A stretch of 64,000 nt of DNA, taken from Rhodosorus marinus CCMP1338 (taxonomy: Eukaryota; Plantae; Rhodophyta). The first letter of the stretch is position 1. Each line of letters opens with the position of its first letter. A model generated the notes under the pieces. That model was not told the origin of the DNA and did not search any database. It was given only the letters and a program-made list of their open reading frames with translations. Positions 57,880 to 64,000 of the stretch are shown one piece after another. The stretch spans positions 62,001 through 126,000 of the forward strand of contig JAMWBK010000004.1 of NCBI GenBank assembly GCA_029953675.1. The letters run 5' to 3'. The position numbers and the translations under genes are program-made.

Positions 57880-58088
57880 AAGGCGCGTGATCTTCTTGAT
57901 TCCGCAGAAAAACAAAACGCAGAGTGTTCTGCTGTGTTGTTTTTTTTTCCCTTCCCCGTTCGGATTTCTGTTTTCCGGTCTCCGAATGAACACATCATGT
58001 TTCAAATTACTTCTATGCCGTCCTTAGAACGGATTCTAGTTGTATCGGTGACTCAATTTCCGCAAGAAAGATTGCTGGCATCAACCAC

Positions 58089-61000
58089 GAACGAATGGTT
58101 TAATCGGAGGCTGAAAAAAAAACCCCGAGGGGAAAAAAAGACTAAGCGCGGCGAAGTACTCGCGCCTCCAACATCAAAGCGGCATTCATGCGCCACAGCA
58201 GGAAACTTAAGCGGGTAAACAACGATTGAAGACGGTCAGGGCGTTCGCGGAACAACTCCCGAAGCCAGCGAGAACCAACAGAGTCCATGAACCCAAAGCA
58301 CTCAATGATCAGGGGTACCAAGCGATGTGCTAGTGCCGAAGCACGAACACCAGGGGAAGACAAAGCCCCCGCGTATTTGATCTCTTCGCGGCGTCTCATG
58401 CTGGTGGCGGCAGATCCACGGCGCTCCCCCGCAGCCGGGAGATAACGACTAGCTTGAGGGTTAGGAACAGCAAGATTAACGTATGTGGTACGGCGGCTGT
58501 CGTCACAGGTGATCACCAGGTCGGCTACACGGCGTTCATCATTTTGAAAGTCCGCGACGGGTAAAGGTTTCTCACGTTCGATTTCCAGACCGGCTTGCCG
58601 GACTATAGGCCGAAGTTCCCGGTATAACAGGTTCAAGATCCGTGTGTGGCGGCGGGTTCGAGCACCTTTCACCGCCGGGCAACTAGCGAGCAGGTGGGCG
58701 CCAAAATCTGCGTTGTCTTCAGTCTGAGAGCAGAGAGGGCACGACGAACCCATCTCGTACGGCCAAGGGGGCTGATGTAAGCCGAGGTATAAGCGCAGTG
58801 AAGTACGCACTTCGAAATCCGACAGTGTGAGTGGCGGAAAGGCTGGTACGGTCATGAGCCACTGAGAGCTAATAACCCTCCAAGACTACGTAGGCGGGCG
58901 CGAGCGCGAGAAGATGAGACCATTTGCGCGAGGAGTCGGCCATATGCAGCACGGTGCAAGTCCCAAGAAAGGATATTTTGCAGCGCATCCGTGCGTGCTT
59001 GAGCTCGGCTCCCAGCGCGCTGGGAATCATCAGGAGGATCAACTGGAACTTCTTCTTCTGCGGCAACCACTGGGTCAATCTCCCCTAGAACAGGTTCAGG
59101 CGCAGGACGAATCCCCGGGGCGGAGCCTCGAGAGCGGTCAAATACAGCTCGCCAGTCAGGAAGACGGGGTTGAACGGTTTCGGGGAGACTAGTACAGGAA
59201 TTCAGGGCGGTTTGGAGCTCCAGAAACAAGTCTTGGGCGCTTTCCGGTACGCTGGGAAGCAAGACACCCCGCGAGAGGCTCGCCATCAAATTGCGGAACT
59301 TCGAGATACCCAAGCTGCTCAAAGTGGGAAGTGCGGTTCCCCAGGCCCCTACTGCGGCTGCAGGTTGGACCACAACACGATTGCAGAGGCCCAGTCCCCC
59401 CAATCGCAATGGGAGGCCTACCTGGGCGCGCACAACATCACAGGTGGGTCGCGGCAGAGCGCTCAGCTCTTCATCGAGAAAATACCCCAGGTCACGGAAA
59501 CTTTCAGCATCCGCACGAGTGGCCAACCACCGGCCCCAATGAGTTGGAAGTGAGCGAAGCCAATAGGTTAACCGCTGACTGCAACAATACCGAAACAGCA
59601 ACAACGAGCACTGGAGAAAGCCCGGAGGTAGCCGTCGAAGCTCTGCAACCAGCTGTCTGTGCTTACCGAGGAGCTGCAGCAACTCGCCTTCAACGAAGGA
59701 CGGCGACCCGTAGGGGATGCCTAAGTGGACAAAACCATCCGGTCTCCAAATATCCTGGAACGACGCAGGTACCTGCTGCTCTCGTGCAGCTACACCTCCC
59801 CAGTAGAACGATTTGTGATGATTAACCTCCAGGTCAACCCGCGAAGCCAAGGAGCGGAGACGATCATAAGCGAGTGCTGGAGTATCAGGGGGCCCCAGGA
59901 GGCACACGTCGTCGTGGTATGCAACCGTACGAACCTGCGGGAATTCGGAGCGAAGACAAAGCAAGACGAGTTGTAGTCCACAGGCATGTAGGAAAGGGGA
60001 CAAGGGATCACCCTGTTGTACCCCTGTGCGCGCCGCATACGTGTGTGAGGAAGCGCCAAGGGTGTCATAGGTAGCCCCCCGACCAAGCGGAGAATAAAGT
60101 CTACTAACAAAGGGAAAGCCTACAGGGAAGACTTCGCGCACCACGTGCATGAGAGCCGGACGAGAGACGCGGTTGAACGCATTGGTAAAATCTACAGAGA
60201 GGAGCCCAGAATCTGGGGAGTACGCCATTTCCGAACGAAGTAAAACAGACAACAACCCACAGCCACCACGATAGCCCACGCCTAACTGCACGTGCCCAAA
60301 GAAACGGCGGGATTCGGGAACCAGGATTTTCACTAACCATCGCGCCGCCAATTTGCGGACCACCTCAACCAGGCCAATAGGGCGAATAGCAGGGCTCGAG
60401 GCCGTGTGGCCGGGCTTCGAAAGCAGACACAACTGCGAACGCCCGACCAAGAACCACGCACACTCACACAGGGGATCACCATTCACAAGCGCTTCGACCA
60501 CCCACGCCAACGCCTTCAAACCTTCATCACTTAAGAAACGGAGATATTCCACCCGCAGCCCCGAGGGCCCTGGGGAACGGCCCTTCGGAGCATCATGAAC
60601 CAACTCACGCACCGCCTCCAGATTGACCACTAACCGCGCACTGGGATGTGGCGCGGCGCGGTACTCTTCCAACACTGATTCAAACGAGGAGTCCCAAGGG
60701 GAGCCTTCCGAGGGAAAGAGCAAACGGAGCGGTGAAGAAAGATCATCGGAGTATGGAACCACAGGTTGCCGCTGCTGGAGGATCCCGGCTGCCCGCCGCA
60801 GATCACCGCCTGCCACCGCGTGACGCGCCCGATTCTGTCGAGAAGACCTAAAAGCTGAGGGAGCACTAGGAGAAAAGGAAGAGAGAGAAGCGAAATAAAG
60901 ACGTTCGAGGTCCTCAAAGTCGCCGGAAAGGAACATTTGCAGTTTTCGGCGAGGGTGGACCCGGCAAGGATGTGGGTTGAGGGGGACGGTAGAGGAGGTG

Positions 61001-62813
61001 AGCACGAGGCGGGGAAAAAAGAACAAGAGTTCCCAGCGAAGAGAGCAGTGAGGGTTCGCGGCGACCTGCTGCCAGAGAAAATCCAACACCAATCCTAGGG
61101 GCTTATGAAGTCGACGAGGGAGCCGTACGGCCGTGCTCTGACGACAAAGGGGAAGGGAACCGTCCGGGTAGGAGGCGACAAGGTGCGAAAACCACGAGAG
61201 AACACGCTCATGCCAGGCTGAGCGGTCACTGGTAAACAGGGGTAACCGGGACGACACGCACGCGGAGGAGGAAGACTCAGACATCGGGCCTCCCCTCAGT
61301 CGGGAAGGCAGATCGAATATCCGGAGGAGGTGCCTCGGAGGGAGGCTCAGGAGCCGCACGACGTTTACGTGGGGGGCGCACGAAGGAACTAAAAGACCTG
61401 AAGAAAGTAGACACAGGGTTTTCAGCAGCGGAGTCTTGACTGAGGGTGTCCAGAGCCAGCGGATTCGGAGAGGCCGATGGTGCTTCTGCCATGTCGGTGT
61501 CACGAGCCTCGGAGACAGGGCGAGGGGAGAAAGGGTGCTCAAGAGTCGGCGGCAGAAGGTCAAACGCAGGGTGGGCTTCCAGCAGGGTGGCCTCAGTGGA
61601 GAGGAAGGCCTCTAGCGCGGTGCGGAGGACCCCGCGAGGAGGAAAACGCGCGAAGAGGCTGGCCTGTATGCGCGAGAGCCGCGCCGCATGAGTGTGTAGC
61701 GCGACAACCGAAGCCTGCGAGGCATCCAGGTTTTGCAAGGCCGACGGAGGAACCCAGCCGGCGTCAAAACGATCGAACTCGACAAACAAAGAGACATGAG
61801 GACGAGTCAGTATCATGTTGGCCAGAGCAGAGCGCTGGGGCGCGGGGGTGGTTACAAGGGATTGAAGGAACTGGTAAGCCAAGTCAGTAACAATAAAACA
61901 GGCATGAGGGCCCGTGAAGTCCACATATAGGAATTCAGACGGGGCCACCCCAAGGGAGGAAGCGCGAAAATCGCGGTAGTGGACGGGCGCGCGGCCCCGA
62001 CCACGAGAGGGGGTCTGGGGACGCACGTTCGTCATCCAAACAAAGTGGAACGGAGATAGTTGGCGAGAAGAGTCAATAGGGATGTGTTGTGGCATCATAC
62101 GCACCATTGCCGTCGTGCGTTGTTCAGAAGAGCCCCTGCGTAGGACCTGCGAATAGGTCGCACGTGGGGCACTGGAGGGAGCAGGATTCGGGCCCGACGC
62201 GGGCCCAGGAGGCGTCTGTCCTTGAATAGGGGTAGGCCAGTCGGAATCAGGAATGACCGGAGCGGAGCGCTCGGGTCGGGTGGAGGCAGGCCCCGCTGTA
62301 CCGTGCGGATCCGCGGGGACGGGCACCGGGGGGTATGGGGCAGGCGCGGAGGCGGAGAAGCGCTCCAAATAGGCGATCAGCAGGGGCAGGCGGTGTTCCT
62401 GGGAAGCAGTCACAAGAAGACTCGTCAGTTTCGAGCAGATCCCATGGGCTAACTCGTCAGCGCAGTCCGTGAGGGTGGCCGCGGTACTAAACCCGCCCAC
62501 GCTGAGCTCCACGCGCGCTGAGAGAACGGCTCCGTCCGCCGGAATGGGTGGAGAAACCCCAACCATAACGATTGGAAGGTGTGACAAACCGATTCCCCAA
62601 CGAAACCCCCAAAAAGAGAACGTGTTCCCAACGTTTGCAACCAAAGAAAAACCACCACGACCTCCAAGGGGCGCTAGCAACCCCCAGCACGCACCACACC
62701 ACTAGAAGATGCGGGGGAAAGTCTGCAGAAAGAAGCGCCTCCCACCGAAGAACACAATTGCGACTCAAAAGCACCAAAAGCCAGCACCATACACCCTCAC
62801 GAAACCAAAAACT
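58089..62813 (-). mobile_element. Family A copy 3, full-length: ORF1 open (9-nt in-frame deletion), ORF2 frameshifted near 58870
   Basis: Same termini as copy 1; reads NILSWDLHR (TGG) where copies 1 and 2 have TAG; 1-bp loss in ctaataaccctcc vs ctaagaacccctcc. Confidence 0.93.
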
Positions 62814-64000
62814 GGTATATTGATCGGGACCCCAACAAAGCGCGTCGGCTTGCCAATGCCCGTCATTGATTGAGAAAACTCTGCGCACGGACCCTCGCCG
62901 TTAATTCCTATCTGACGGAAGCGGCTATAAGCCCATTTTTAGGTGTGAGTAATTCCCAAGGACAGGTATATTGGCATGATTATAGCTGATGGCGTCCAAT
63001 ATATATGGTACATCCATTATTTGAGATGGACTTGGTTTTTTTGAATATTTGGGTAGATTATTGAGACACTCTAGTCTGATAGGTCTAATAATAGAACCGT
63101 GGGAGAGAGCGGCTCCTCCGCGAGCGAGTTACAGCTGTGCGTTCAATTCTCGAAGTTGGGATGGAACCTTTTTAGTTGGAGCGGTTTTCCATACGGAGTG
63201 CGGGCAGGTTTCTGGAAATGTGGTTGGAGGATCGTTCTGGTGAGGCTGACCCGGCTCTAGACGTATCTAAATTCACAATAGTTTTTTGTCTACGCACGCG
63301 GCCCCATGGGAACGAAGGGGACCTGCTTTTCGCCTCTCTTTTGCTCGTCCTTGCTCCGTACTGCGCTGGTCACACCGTTAGGGTTTGGTGCTGGTCGGAT
63401 AGCATGCTTTTGTGGTGACAACGGCAGCATGCATCAGAGGTTGATATTTCACTTTTTGGAAACACTTGTTTTTAGGGCTTTGACGAGCTTGAGATCAACA
63501 GAGTCCCCTGGGGCCGACGGGAGGTTCTGTTAAGTTTTCTAAAAACATCTAAAGTAGTTCTGGTATATGGCTAGTGTGAGGTGTGAGGATTGCCTACCTT
63601 AAGCCAGAGCTCCGGGTACGGAACCAATGCACCGAACATTGTGAGATTCCCCCCTAGCCTCCAGATGCACAAAATCTTCCTTCATCAAGCATCAAACTTG
63701 ATTTGTCCTTCGCCGACTCCTTGTGACACCTAGTTTTGGAAAAGTTCCAAAAGGAGGTTATAAAGCAAACTGAAAGAGCGTGGTCATCGTTAAAGTATCA
63801 CTACAACAAGCTCATGATCGTTAGAGATAGCCGTTCCATTTGGTAGGAATTGGATGAACGCCGCATGTCCGCAGAGTCCAGTCCTATCGGAGAAATCATC
63901 AAAAGCAAACGAGGAGGCTCTGGAAGAAGTCCACAGAAGAGAAGAGGCCCATCACATTGAAGAGCTTCAAGATTGAAGCCGGGTTCAGCGTACTAGTTTG

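Overview
Eukaryotic, transposon-dense window (roughly 60% mobile-element-derived by my rough tally); no rRNA, tRNA or CRISPR seen, and the host cannot be identified from sequence alone. Two young families of non-LTR retrotransposons with RT plus C-terminal restriction-like endonuclease (RLE) and CRE-clade-like motifs dominate it. Family A is ~4.7 kb with two ORFs: an unrecognised ORF1 with an RRM-like pattern, and ORF2 with YHDD RT, CCHC knuckle and RLE; it ends in an (TTCG/TTCA)n tail. It occurs as 2 full-length copies, 1 slightly 5'-truncated copy, 1 3'-truncated copy and several short copies. Family B has a 3' stem-loop and an AGTAAAGTCC tail and occurs only as 5'-truncated, often head-to-tail copies. 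Both families have left TSD-flanked tail-only micro-insertions of 10-23 nt. Also present: older decayed relatives, a diverged ORF1 paralogue at the left edge, a chromodomain-bearing Ty3/gypsy fossil, an unclassified ~2 kb dispersed repeat, and a ~4-4.8 kb tandem segmental duplication. All five credible host ORFs are uninterrupted and carry signal peptides: an astacin-C2like-EGF-C2 protease with no evident propeptide and Asp as third zinc ligand, a 14-Cys protein, a beta-rich 362-aa protein, and two paralogous (QIGVEEAAAR)n repeat proteins that look like polypeptide precursors.
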